64,000 bases of DNA from Eledone cirrhosa (Eukaryota), in contig OZ024742.1 of assembly GCA_964016885.1 (NCBI GenBank), positions 231,570,001 through 231,634,000 of the forward strand. The letters are read 5' to 3'. Shown here one piece after another: positions 28,501-41,100 of the stretch (position 1 is the stretch's first letter; each line of letters starts with the position of its first letter). Position numbers and translations under genes: made by a program. Below the pieces are notes generated by a model. It was not told the DNA's origin. It searched no databases and saw only the letters and a program-made list of their open reading frames with translations.

Positions 28501-28723
28501 GTGTGAGACTGGCTGTATGTATGTGTGTGAGACTGGCTGTATGTGTGTGTGAGACTGGCTGTATGTGTGTGTGTGTGTGTGAGACTAGCTGTATGTATGT
28601 GTGTGAGACTAGCTGTATGTGTGTGTGTGTGAGACTAGCTGTATGTGTGTGTGAGACTAGCTGTATGTATGTGTGTGAGACTAGCTGTATGTATGTGTGT
28701 GAGACTAGCTGTATGTGTGTGTG
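25538..28723. repeat. Minisatellite, ~20-bp unit GAGACT(A/G)GCTGTAT(GT)n, about 3.2 kb
   Basis: Read directly. Unit length varies in 2-bp steps with the GT count, and an A/G dimorphism runs throughout. Confidence 0.98.
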
Positions 28724-28834
28724 TATGAATCTGCAACAGTATTTGTCTACCATACCATTCCCTTTGTATATTTGTGTATGACTTGATTTCAGAGGTTTGG
28801 TTTTTTTGCATGTCTAATCTATATACACCCACGT

Positions 28835-29352
28835 GTGGAGGGGTGGGGGGGTGGGGGGCATGTTTGATATGTGTGTGGGGGGGGGGGAGACATGGTTGAT
28901 GTGTGTGTGTGTGGGGAGACATGGTTGATGTGTGTGTGGGGGGGTGGGGGGCATGATTGATGTGTGAGGGGAGACATGGTTGATGTGTGGTGGGAAGGGG
29001 CATGGTTGATGTGTGTGTGGAGCATGGTTGATGTGTGTGGGGGTGGGTATGGTTGATGTGTGTGGAGGGGGCATGGTTGATGTGTGTGTGTGGAGGGAGG
29101 GGGCATGGTTGATGTGTGTCTCTGTGGGGAGACATGGTTGATGTGGTGGGAGAGACATGGTTGATGTGGTGGGAGAGACATGGTTGATGTGTGGGGGGAG
29201 ATATGGTTGATGTGTGGGGGGAAGGGGCATGGTTGATGTGTGTGTGGGGGGGGGGACATGGTTGATGTGTGTGTGGAGCATGGTTGATGTGTGTGGAGGG
29301 GGGATGGTTGATGTGTGTGTGTGGAGGGAGGGGGCATGGTTGATGTGTGTGG
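28835..29352. repeat. G-rich minisatellite CATGGTTGAT(GT)n(G-run), with G-quadruplex potential
   Basis: About 20 copies of atggttgatgtg separated by G-runs. Confidence 0.92.
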
Positions 29353-29675
29353 AAGGTACCTGTTTATGGGTGTGTGGGAGGGATGTGCTGGTGTGTCAGT
29401 GGAGGGGATGTAGTTGTATGTTTATGGGAGGGACTTGCTAGTGTGTGTGTGTTGTATGTGTGTATGAGGTGCTGGTATGTGTTTATATCAGTGTTAGATT
29501 CATAAACAAACCTCTACAGCTAACATATATACAAGGTTCAACCTAGCTTTACTTCTCCACAATTTATTTTTTTGATAATCAATGTGAAATTCTTCAAATT
29601 TTTCTCTGAGGACTTTACTTTGTAACATCTTACAGTTGCTTATCTCTCACTTCACATTTTATATATAGATACAGT

Positions 29676-29678
<3 letters not shown>

Positions 29679-29734
<56 letters not shown>

Positions 29735-29739
29735 GAGAG
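29679..29739. repeat. (GA)n microsatellite
   Basis: Read directly. Confidence 0.98.
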
Positions 29740-30022
29740 TTGAACAGAACAGTGAAAAAACAAATACCTATGTGTGTGTGTTTGTGTGTATGTATGGGTG
29801 CATGTGCCTCAGCATGTCTGCAGTCTCATAACTGAAACCAGTAAAAGAATATATTATATTATGAGTTAGTAAATAAACTATATAGTTCTTCCTTTGATAA
29901 TGGTTACCTACAGTTTACACATGTATATGTAGTGAATATTATATGGAGAGAAGGCAAGTGATTTGATTGTTGTTCTTTAGCGTAATGTCTAATGCATTCA
30001 TACAATATTAAAAAGATACAGT

Positions 30023-30238
30023 TTAACCCTGTAGCATTTACATTACTCTATATTTACTATTGTATTTTCATGGTAAACACTTTATTTCACACAATTATTT
30101 CACATAAAATCGAATCTACGAGATTTTGATATTATTTATTTTGAGAACAATACATTAACATAAGTATGAGTGGCTGGTTACAGAAAGAAGTGAGAGAATT
30201 CTGGCCGGATATGACTGGTTTAAAAACTAAAGGGTTAA
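30023..30238. mobile_element. piggyBac-like TTAA MITE
   Basis: TTAAccctgtagcattta...ctaaagggTTAA. Confidence 0.85.
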
Positions 30239-31019
30239 TTATCTATAAAATTATTAGGGACAGAGAAAGAATTGGGGTGGACAAAAAGAGAGGGAGAGAA
30301 ACAGAGAGGGGGCTACAAAGAGATAGGAGGTTCAAGTGCTTGTTGGTGCCTCTGTCCACTTTTAGTTCAACCCTTGCTAGCAGGGAAAAAGGACATCAAA
30401 TGACAATGAGGTTGATGAATTATTTAACCCACTCTCAGTTAAGCACTGTTGTATTGATGTGACTCTATTCCTGGTTTTGGTTCTGCTACAAAGGAATGAA
30501 GAGAGGGAAAAACTGTTAAGATACAAGATACAATGGAATGAACCTCCGTTGGTTTTGATGATAAATGTGATCAGGGGAACACCCTGCACATGAAATTAAC
30601 CTGTATGTGGCTGAGCATTCCACAAACATATGTGCCTTTAGTGTGACTCCATGTAATCCATGAATCCATGTAATACAGTATGTGACAAGGTTGGCCTTTT
30701 AAATTACAGGTACAGTCCATCCAATGGGCTTCCAAACAGTTTCTGTCAACCCAATTTTACTCACAAAGCATGTAATGAGATGAGGCTATGATAAATAACA
30801 CTTACTCAAGGTGCCATACAGTGGGATTGAATCTGGGACCTAATGATTGAAAGGTGAACTTCTTAACCATTCAGCCATACAAGATACAATATCTATTTAC
30901 TGTTTTAAAGTCTGTGGGCTTGAAAAGGTAAAAACCCATTGAATCTGACAAACTGTAGCCTTTGCTAGGCCACTGCCATATGCTTTCTATAGCTCTATTT
31001 CTTTGGTTGGCTTCTGGTG

Positions 31020-31310
31020 AATGGGTAAGTTTGATAATACTGCTCTCACTTATGTTTCTTGCCTCATCTGGGGGTCTCAGATAGTAGAATGTCCAGGTAC
31101 TTCTTGAAAACATTTACATCCCCTTCATTTGAATCTGTTGAGTTTTTTGGTAGGATACTGAAGAGATGTTGGCCTTTCAATCCTAAACTATTGCAGTATC
31201 TGGTTCTTACTCTATATGGGGAGAGTGACATTTTGGCACTATACAGAAGCATTCAATTTAGGGATTGGTGTAGCTCTCAATGCTAAAGTTTGGTGCTTGG
31301 TTCTCCTTTT
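31020..31310 (-). mobile_element. CR1/L2-type LINE ORF2 C-terminal remnant
   Basis: Minus strand RTRYCNSLGLKGQHLFSILPKN..DVNVFKKYLDILLSETP(DE) resembles the CR1 ending 'G..LFN.LP....FK..LD.FL..VPDEP'. Confidence 0.65.
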
Positions 31311-31459
31311 CATTATATATATAATTAGGATAATTGACAAAGAGAAGACAATGGAAAACAAGGCAGAATGAAAAACATTTTTTTTAACCTCTTACTTGTC
31401 CTAAATTGTATGCATTCTAGTGCCACAAATAACTTGTCCTAACATGTTTGAACTCTTTT

Positions 31460-33292
31460 CCAACAGTAAGCTTCAGCGATCTGAGGTCTGTTCTCATCAC
31501 CTCCACCCATGTTTTTCGTGGTCTACCTCTACTACGTCTTCCTTCAACTGGCATTTCTTGGTACTTCTTCACCCATCGGTCATCCTCCATGCGCATCACA
31601 TGTCCATAACATCGCAGTCTCCTCTCCCGCACACTACAATCTATCCCTCTCAGACAGTTTCTCTCTCAATACATCCATGCTCGGTCGTTCACACACATTG
31701 ACATTGTACATCCAACGGAGCATGTTTACCTCATTTCTCTCCAGCCGTCGCATATCCTCTGCAGTTGCTGCCCATGTCTCACTACCATGCAGCATCGCAC
31801 TCTTCACACAGGCATCATATGACTGGCCTTTCGTATGCAGGGAGAAACCCGCTCCCTAAACTTCATCCAACCCGTCCTTATTCTAGATACTATGGCCTCG
31901 GAACACCCGCCCTCCCATGCTAATCTGATCACCTAGGTACCGGAAGCTATCCACCACTTCTATAGGACCCACCTGCATTTGAAAAATGTGTCTATCAATG
32001 CGACTTCTACTGTCAAGTTTCCCTGTAATCTACTGCATACATATTTCTCACTACCTGTTAGTTTGCCTGCTATCCCACTACATCTCTTGTGTAACCAAGA
32101 TCTGCATATCGAACATGGCCATTTCCCTGACGGAATCAGAGTTTTCTCCTCTTTTCTACTCATCAACACTTTTGTCTTAGCTAGGTTCACTCTCAGTCCT
32201 CTTGATTCCAACTGCTGTTTCCATAGCCAGAATTTATTCCCTAGCTCCTTACTGATTCTGCTATAAGAACCAGATCGTCAGCATAGAGAAGTTCCCATGG
32301 ACAGCCAGTCTTAAACTCCTCTGTTATGGCTTAGAGGACTATAATGAATAATAGCGGGCTGAGGACCGAACCCTGATGTACTCCTACTTGTATCTGGAAT
32401 TCCTCACTAAACTCCATTCCTACGCTCACTTTCCTGACAGCACCTATGTACAAAGTTTGCACTGTCCTCACAAGCCATTCCTCAACACCTAGTTTCCTTA
32501 GGGACCACCAGATGACAGATCAGGGTACCCTATCAAAGGCCTTCTCTAGGTCAACAAAAGCTAAGTATAGTGGCTTATTCTTCTCTAAGAACCTCTCTTG
32601 TAATTGTCTCACCAAGTGGATGGCATCTGTTGTACTTTTCCCAGGCATAAAACCAAACTGCATCTCATCTAATTTGACCCTTTCTCTAATTAGTTGTGCT
32701 AATATCCTTTCTGCCATTTTCATAACCTGATCCATCAGTTTTATACCCCTATAATTGCTCCTCTCCAGAGCCCTTTACCTTTGTAGCAATTTATGAGAAT
32801 ACTGCTGCACCTGTCTTTGGGTATGACACCGCCATATATAGCCTGATTGATGATGCGCACAACCAGTTTAGTGCCTACGTCCCCTGATGCCTTCAGCATC
32901 TCAGCAACTATCCCCGACAGGTCCCGCGACCTTACCATTTTTCATTTCCTTAATCACCTCTTGGACCCTATATTCGTCAATCTCAATAGCTGGTCCCTCT
33001 GTCGGATCTACTGTGGGTAATTTCTCTCGCTCCCATTCGTTCTCCACATTCATCAGTCTCTCATAATGACATTTCCAGGCCTCCTTTTTCTGATCATTCG
33101 TGACACTAAATACACCGGCATCATTCCGGACACATTTATCTCCAACAACATCCTGATTTGCATTGACACACTGCCTTGCACCACTTTAGAGCATGGACTG
33201 GGTGCTTTTATTTGTGCCACCAGCACTAGAGAGGATGTCTCTCTGGACTCATGGGCCCTCTCTACCCCTCCATTTTACAACATGGTCATAAC
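31460..33292 (-). mobile_element. RTE LINE copy B: near-identical to copy A, inverted, with the endonuclease deleted and no tail
   Basis: Reverse complement matches 19948-21675 almost base for base, joined directly to the 5' segment matching 18610-18722. ORF-track peptides are nearly identical (e.g. 20401- vs 32446+). Confidence 0.95.
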
Positions 33293-33555
33293 AATAATAA
33301 CAACACTATTAATAATTATTAGTTAATGCAATCGTGCAATGCCTGTGCGTGAAGAATATTTTTAAAGTGAGGAAAGACTGTGCACTGAGCCAATCCCACT
33401 CTCTGAGCGACTAGCTATAACCCGAAAAGAAGAAAAGATCAATATCATCGGTAATTACTGAGCCGCAGGTTTTATGTTGGAGTTAACCCAGTTTCCTGAG
33501 ATGCCTTCTAGAAGAATGCCCTGACAAGGGCTTAGGGGTCCTTCACTCCCAGTGG

Positions 33556-33556
<1 letters not shown>

Positions 33557-33596
<40 letters not shown>
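33557..33596. repeat. (TA)n microsatellite
   Basis: Read directly. Confidence 0.97.
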
Positions 33597-33599
<3 letters not shown>

Positions 33600-33605
33600 G
33601 ATCAG

Positions 33606-33690
33606 TGAAGGTTTTTAGATAAATATAAACACTTTAAAACAAATATCTTATATTTGTTTTAAAGTGTTTATATTTATCTAAAAACCTTCA
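33606..33690. repeat. Perfect 41-bp inverted repeat with a 3-nt loop
   Basis: tgaaggtttttagataaatataaacactttaaaacaaatat-ctt-atatttgttttaaagtgtttatatttatctaaaaaccttca. Confidence 0.97.
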
Positions 33691-33849
33691 ACCATCATTT
33701 TATGTTATGTTCTAAAGACCAATTTAAAAATGAGAAAATCAGTTATAGTACTAAATTCCTGTAAATTCTTGATTATTTTCAATATGGTTTGAAAATCATA
33801 GGGTAGTGTTTTACATTAGAAATATGATAACAAAAGGGTTAAAACGTGA

Positions 33850-34450
33850 TACAGTCACTCTCCTAGTTTTCCTAATATGCTAAGATTTTGTAGTCTGGAT
33901 TTAACCTTATTGAAGGCTTTAGCAGCAAAGTCAAGACATACCATTTCCATTTGGTGATAGAGCAGATGTTTCAAAATTCAGTTGTAATGCTGTAAAAGCT
34001 GCGTTGAGGCAGCTTCCTGGAAGAAAACCATGCTGAATGTAAGTTAGCAATTTATTTTCTTCTAGGAACTTTATCAGTTTCCTTCTAATAATCCGTCCCA
34101 TGGCTTGACTGGTATGTGAGGTCAGAGAGATAAGCCTGTAGTTTTTAGCACCTGCTCTGCTTCCTTATTTATGGATGGGACATATGCTTTCATTTAACTT
34201 TTTGCAAGGAAGCATTGGAAGAGTATGTAATATAGTATTGTTAATACCTGTTTACATGTTTTGAAGAGAAGTGCTGGGAATTAATCAGAGCATGTTGCTG
34301 AGTTGAAGCTCATTTCACTTATGGCTGTCATTACATCTTCCCTCAATATGTTGATGTAATTGATGGTTGCCACTTCCCTATATAGAGCTGTAGTATCAAA
34401 TACAGCATCTACTTTGATTATTTGCATGTGTCCCATGGAGCCAGTATTTC
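33850..34450 (-). mobile_element. Highly decayed CR1/L2-type RT remnant
   Basis: Minus strand GSRAGAKNYRLISLTSHTSQAMGRIIR and a (C)LDFAAKAFNKV motif. Confidence 0.6.
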
Positions 34451-34641
34451 ACTAATCCTTTGGGAGTCTACAGTGGCCTTATCTTATAATGCACTGAAGC
34501 TGATTCTTATTGCCAAGTTATAAAAGGTTTTAAGGCTGCTGACGAGGGTTTAATCCTACTACAGTATACTTCAATAAAATGCTTTAAGAAAACACTTATG
34601 ACCAATCCGAGAAAGGTCGGAAATATATTTTACAACAAAAT

Positions 34642-35100
34642 TTCTTCTTCTTCTTCTTCTTCTTCTTCTTCTTCTTCTTCTTCTCCTTCTCCTTCTTCTC
34701 CTTCTCCTTCTCCTTCTCCTTCTCCTTCTCCTCCTCCTCCTCCTCCTCCTTAGCCACCTCCCCCCTCCCCTTCTCCCCCTCCTCCTCCTGATCCAGCTGG
34801 ATCACCAAGCGTGACCAGCCGAGTTCATGGATGCTATCCAACCCTCTTGCTTGGGATCTACCTCTGGGTCTCCCTCCTACCTTGCTGATTTTGCCCGTAA
34901 AATCTCTCCAGCAATTCTTTCCTGGGACATTCTAACCACATGCCCGAAGTATCAGAGCTGAGATCTCTCAGTTCGGAGAATTAGCGGCTCTACCTGGAGT
35001 GACTCACGGAGGCAGCCCCATTAGAGCCGCCGCTGGTATTCGTGATCATATTCTGTTGGTCATTACCCAAGATTCAGGATCATAGGTAAGGGTTGGCACA
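34642..35100 (-). mobile_element. (CTT)n/(CTTCTC)n/(CCT)n tract forming the tail of a minus-strand RTE-like LINE 3' fragment
   Basis: Minus strand VPTLTYDPESWVMTNRI..RESLQVEPLILRTERSQL.YFGHVVRMSQERI. Homologous to 14750-15056. Confidence 0.75.
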
Positions 35101-35110
35101 TTAGGGAATA

Positions 35111-38100
35111 AATGGTGGTTACTAGGAGGTGGTGGAATGGTGGTTACTAGGAGGTGGTGGAATGGTGGTTACTAGGAGGTGGTGGAATGGTGGTTACTAG
35201 GAGGTGGTGGAATGGTAGTTACTAGGTGGTGGTGGAATGGTGGTTACTAGGAGGTGGTGGAATGGTGGTTACTAGGAGGTGGTGGAATGGTAGTTACTAG
35301 GAGGTGGTGGAATGGTGGTTACTAGGAGGTGGTGGAATGGTAGTTACTAGGAGGTGGTGGAATGGTGGTTACTAGGAGGTGGTGGAATGGTAGTTACTAG
35401 GAGGTGGTGGAATGGTGGTTACTAGGAGGTGGTGGAATGGTGGTTACTAGGAGGTGGTGGAATGGTGGTTACTAGGAGGTGGTGGAATGGTGGTTACTAG
35501 GAGGTGGTGGAATGGTGGTTACTAGGAGGTGGTGGAATGGTGGTTACTAGGAGGTGGTGGAATGGTGGTTACTAGGAGGTGGTGGAATGGTAGTTACTGG
35601 GAGGTGGTGGAATGGTGGTTACTGGGAGGTGGTGGAATGGTGGTTACTAGGAGGTGGTGGAATGGTAGTTACTAGGAGGTGGTGGAATGGTGGTTACTAG
35701 GAGGTGGTGGAATGGTGGTTACTAGGAGGTGGTGGAATGGTGGTTACTAGGAGGTGGTGGAATGGTGGTTACTAGGAGGTGGTGGAATGGTGGTTACTAG
35801 GAGGTGGTGGAATGGTGGTTACTAGGAGGTGGTGGAATGGTAGTTACTAGGAGGTGGTGGAATGGTGGTTACTAGGAGGTGGTGGAATGGTAGTTACTAG
35901 GAGGTGGTGGAATGGTGGTTACTAGGAGGTGGTGGAATGGTAGTTACTAGGAGGTGGTGGAATGGTGGTTACTAGGAGGTGGTGGAATGGTGGTTACTAG
36001 GAGGTGGTGGAATGGTAGTTACTAGGAGGTGGTGGAATGGTGGTTACTAGGAGGTGGTGGAATGGTAGTTACTAGGAGGTGGTGGAATGGTAGTTACTAG
36101 GAGGTGGTGGAATGGTGGTTACTAGGAGGTGGTGGAATGGTGGTTACTAGGAGGTGGTGGAATGGTGGTTACTAGGAGGTGGTGGAATGGTGGTTACTAG
36201 GAGGTGGTGGAATGGTAGTTACTAGGTGGTGGTGGAATGGTAGTTACTAGGAGGTGGTGGAATGGTGGTTACTAGGAGGTGGTGGAATGGTGGTTACTAG
36301 GAGGTGGTGGAATGGTGGTTACTAGGAGGTGGTGGAATGGTGGTTACTAGGAGGTGGTGGAATGGTAGTTACTAGGAGGTGGTGGAATGGTGGTTACTAG
36401 GAGGTGGTGGAATGGTGGTTACTAGGAGGTGGTGGAATGGTAGTTACTAGGAGGTGGTGGAATGGTGGTTACTAGGAGGTGGTGGAATGGTGGTTACTAG
36501 GAGGTGGTGGAATGGTAGTTACTAGGAGGTGGTGGAATGGTGGTTACTAGGAGGTGGTGGAATGGTAGTTACTAGGAGGTGGTGGAATGGTGGTTACTAG
36601 GAGGTGGTGGAATGGTAGTTACTAGGAGGTGGTGGAATGGTAGTTACTAGGAGGTGGTGGAATGGTGGTTACTAGGAGGTGGTGGAATGGTGGTTACTAG
36701 GAGGTGGTGGAATGGTGGTTACTAGGAGGTGGTGGAATGGTGGTTACTAGGAGGTGGTGGAATGGTAGTTACTAGGTGGTGGTGGAATGGTGGTTACTAG
36801 GAGGTGGTGGAATGGTAGTTACTAGGAGGTGGTGGAATGGTAGTTACTAGGAGGTGGTGGAATGGTGGTTACTAGGAGGTGGTGGAATGGTGGTTACTAG
36901 GAGGTGGTGGAATGGTGGTTACTAGGAGGTGGTGGAATGGTGGTTACTAGGAGGTGGTGGAATGGTAGTTACTAGGTGGTGGTGGAATGGTAGTTACTAG
37001 GAGGTGGTGGAATGGTGGTTACTAGGAGGTGGTGGAATGGTGGTTACTAGGAGGTGGTGGAATGGTGGTTACTAGGAGGTGGTGGAATGGTGGTTACTAG
37101 GAGGTGGTGGAATGGTAGTTACTAGGAGGTGGTGGAATGGTGGTTACTAGGAGGTGGTGGAATGGTAGTTACTAGGAGGTGGTGGAATGGTGGTTACTAG
37201 GAGGTGGTGGAATGGTAGTTACTAGGAGGTGGTGCAATGGTGGTTACTAGGAGGTGGTGGAATGGTAGTTACTAGGAGGTGGTGGAATGGTGGTTACTAG
37301 GAGGTGGTGGAATGGTAGTTACTAGGAGGTGGTGGAATGGTGGTTACTAGGAGGTGGTGGAATGGTAGTTACTAGGAGGTGGTGGAATGGTGGTTACTAG
37401 GAGGTGGTGGAATGGTGGTTACTAGGAGGTGGTGGAATGGTAGTTACTAGGAGGTGGTGGAATGGTGGTTACTAGGAGGTGGTGGAATGGTAGTTACTAG
37501 GAGGTGGTGGAATGGCGGTTACTAGGAGGTGGTGGAATGGTGGTTACTAGGTGGTGGTGGAATGGTAGTTACTAGGAGGTGGTGGAATGGTGGTTACTAG
37601 GAGGTGGTGGCATGGTAGTTACTAGGAGGTGGTGGAATGGTAGTTACTAGGAGGTGGTGGAATGGTGGTTACTAGGAGGTGGTGGAATGGTGGTTACTAG
37701 GAGGTGGTGGAATGGTGGTTACTAGGAGGTGGTGGAATGGTGGTTACTAGGAGGTGGTGGAATGGTAGTTACTAGGAGGTGGTGGAATGGTAGTTACTAG
37801 GAGGTGGTGGAATGGTGGTTACTAGGAGGTGGTGGAATGGTGGTTACTAGGAGGTGGTGGAATGGTAGTTACTAGGAGGTGGTGGAATGGTGGTTACTAG
37901 GAGGTGGTGGAATGGTAGTTACTAGGAGGTGGTGGAATGGTGGTTACTAGGAGGTGGTGGAATGGTGGTTACTAGGAGGTGGTGGAATGGTGGTTACTAG
38001 GAGGTGGTGGAATGGTGGTTACTAGGAGGTGGTGGAATGGTAGTTACTAGGAGGTGGTGGAATGGTAGTTACTAGGAGGTGGTGGAATGGTGGTTACTAG

Positions 38101-41100
38101 GAGGTGGTGGAATGGTGGTTACTAGGAGGTGGTGGAATGGTAGTTACTAGGAGGTGGTGGAATGGTGGTTACTAGGAGGTGGTGGAATGGTAGTTACTAG
38201 GAGGTGGTGGAATGGTGGTTACTAGGAGGTGGTGGAATGGTAGTTACTAGGAGGTGGTGGAATGGTGGTTACTAGGAGGTGGTGGAATGGTAGTTACTAG
38301 GAGGTGGTGGAATGGTAGTTACTAGGAGGTGGTGGAATGGTAGTTACTAGGAGGTGGTGGAATGGTGGTTACTAGGAGGTGGTGGAATGGTGGTTACTAG
38401 GAGGTGGTGGAATGGTAGTTACTAGGAGGTGGTGGAATGGCGGTTACTAGGAGGTGGTGGAATGGCGGTTACTAGGTGGTGGTGGAATGGTAGTTACTAG
38501 GAGGTGGTGGAATGGTAGTTACTAGGAGGTGGTGGAATGGTGGTTACTAGGAGGTGGTGGAATGGTAGTTACTAGGAGGTGGTGGAATGGTGGTTACTAG
38601 GAGGTGGTGGAATGGTAGTTACTAGGAGGTGGTGGAATGGTGGTTACTAGGAGGTGGTGGAATGGTAGTTACTAGGAGGTGGTGGAATGGTGGTTACTAG
38701 GAGGTGGTGGAATGGTGGTTACTAGGAGGTGGTGGAATGGTAGTTACTAGGAGGTGGTGGAATGGTGGTTACTAGGAGGTGGTGGAATGGTAGTTACTAG
38801 GAGGTGGTGGAATGGTGGTTACTAGGAGGTGGTGGAATGGTAGTTACTAGGAGGTGGTGGAATGGTAGTTACTAGGAGGTGGTGGAATGGTGGTTACTAG
38901 GAGGTGGTGGAATGGTGGTTACTAGGAGGTGGTGGAATGGTAGTTACTAGGAGGTGGTGGAATGGTGGTTACTAGGAGGTGGTGGAATGGTAGTTACTAG
39001 GAGGTGGTGGAATGGTAGTTACTAGGAGGTGGTGGAATGGCGGTTACTAGGAGGTGGTGGAATGGCGGTTACTAGGTGGTGGTGGAATGGTAGTTACTAG
39101 GAGGTGGTGGAATGGTGGTTACTAGGAGGTGGTGGCATGGTAGTTACTAGGAGGTGGTGGAATGGTAGTTACTAGGAGGTGGTGGAATGGTGGTTACTAG
39201 GAGGTGGTGGAATGGTGGTTACTAGGAGGTGGTGGAATGGTGGTTACTAGGAGGTGGTGGAATGGTGGTTACTAGGAGGTGGTGGAATGGTGGTTACGAG
39301 GAGGTGGTGGAATGGTGGTTACTAGGAGGTGGTGGAATGGTAGTTACTAGGAGGTGGTGGAATGGTGGTTACTAGGAGGTGGTGGAATGGTGGTTACTAG
39401 GAGGTGGTGGAATGGTGGTTACTAGGAGGTGGTGGAATGGTAGTTACTAGGAGGTGGTGGAATGGTGGTTACTAGGAGGTGGTGGAATGGTGGTTACTAG
39501 GAGGTGGTGGAATGGTGGTTACTAGGAGGTGGTGGAATGGTGGTTACTAGGAGGTGGTGGAATGGTAGTTACTAGGAGGTGGTGGAATGGTGGTTACTAG
39601 GAGGTGGTGGAATGGTAGTTACTAGGAGGTGGTGGAATGGTGGTTACTAGGAGGTGGTGGAATGGTGGTTACTAGGAGGTGGTGGAATGGTAGTTACTAG
39701 GAGGTGGTGGAATGGTGGTTACTAGGAGGTGGTGGAATGGTGGTTACTAGGAGGTGGTGGAATGGTAGTTACTAGGAGGTGGTGGAATGGTAGTTACTAG
39801 GAGGTGGTGGAATGGTGGTTACTAGGTGGTGGTGGAATGGTGGTTACTAGGAGGTGGTGGAATGGTGGTTACTAGGTGGTGGTGGAATGGTAGTTACTAG
39901 GAGGTGGTGGAATGGTGGTTACTAGGAGGTGGTGGAATGGTGGTTACTAGGAGGTGGTGGAATGGTGGTTACTAGGAGGTGGTGGAATGGTAGTTACTAG
40001 GAGGTGGTGGAATGGTAGTTACTAGGAGGTGGTGGAATGGTGGTTACTAGGAGGTGGTGGAATGGTGGTTACTAGGAGGTGGTGGAATGGTGGTTACTAG
40101 GTGGTGGTGGAATGGTAGTTACTAGGAGGTGGTGGAATGGTGGTTACTAGGAGGTGGTGGAATGGTAGTTACTAGGAGGTGGTGGAATGGTAGTTACTAG
40201 GAGGTGGTGGAATGGTAGTTACTAGGAGGTGGTGGAATGGTGGTTACTAGGAGGTGGTGGAATGGTGGTTACTAGGAGGTGGTGGAATGGTGGTTACTAG
40301 GAGGTGGTGGAATGGTGGTTACTAGGAGGTGGTGGAATGGTAGTTACTAAGAGGTGGTGGAATGGTAGTTACTAAGAGGTGGTGGAATGGTGGTTACTAG
40401 GAGGTGGTGGAATGGTGGTTACTAGGAGGTGGTGGAATGGTGGTTACTAGGTGGTGGTGGAATGGTAGTTACTAGGAGGTGGTGGAATGGTAGTTACTAG
40501 GAGGTGGTGGAATGGTAGTTACTAGGAGGTGGTGGAATGGTAGTTACTAGGAGGTGGTGGAATGGTGGTTACTAGGAGGTGGTGGAATGGTGGTTACTAG
40601 GAGGTGGTGGAATGGTAGTTACTAGGAGGTGGTGGAATGGTGGTTACTAGGAGGTGGTGGAATGGTGGTTACTAGGAGGTGGTGGAATGGTGGTTACTAG
40701 GAGGTGGTGGAATGGTAGTTACTAGGAGGTGGTGGAATGGTAGTTACTAGGAGGTGGTGGAATGGTGGTTACTAGGAGGTGGTGGAATGGTAGTTACTAG
40801 GAGCTGGTGGAATGGTGGTTACTAGGAGGTGGTGGAATGGTGGTTACTAGGAGGTGGTGGAATGGTAGTTACTAGGAGGTGGTGGAATGGTGGTTACTAG
40901 GAGGTGGTGGAATGGTAGTTACTAGGAGGTGGTGGAATGGTGGTTACTAGGAGGTGGTGGAATGGTGGTTACTAGGAGGTGGTGGAATGGTAGTTACTAG
41001 GAGGTGGTGGAATGGTGGTTACTAGGAGGTGGTGGAATGGTAGTTACTAGGAGGTGGTGGAATGGTGGTTACTAGGAGGTGGTGGAATGGTGGTTACTAG

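Noticed and set aside
28463-29441. His/Thr/Pro-rich and Cys/Val-rich ORFs as metal-binding proteins
   Set aside because: They are translations of GT-rich minisatellites, with no splice or homology support.
34536-34625. CTGACGAG motif as a hammerhead ribozyme
   Set aside because: No correctly placed GAAA or closing stems could be built by eye.
34596-34841. Lys/Glu-rich ORF
   Set aside because: Translation of the (CTT)/(CCT) simple repeat at a LINE tail.
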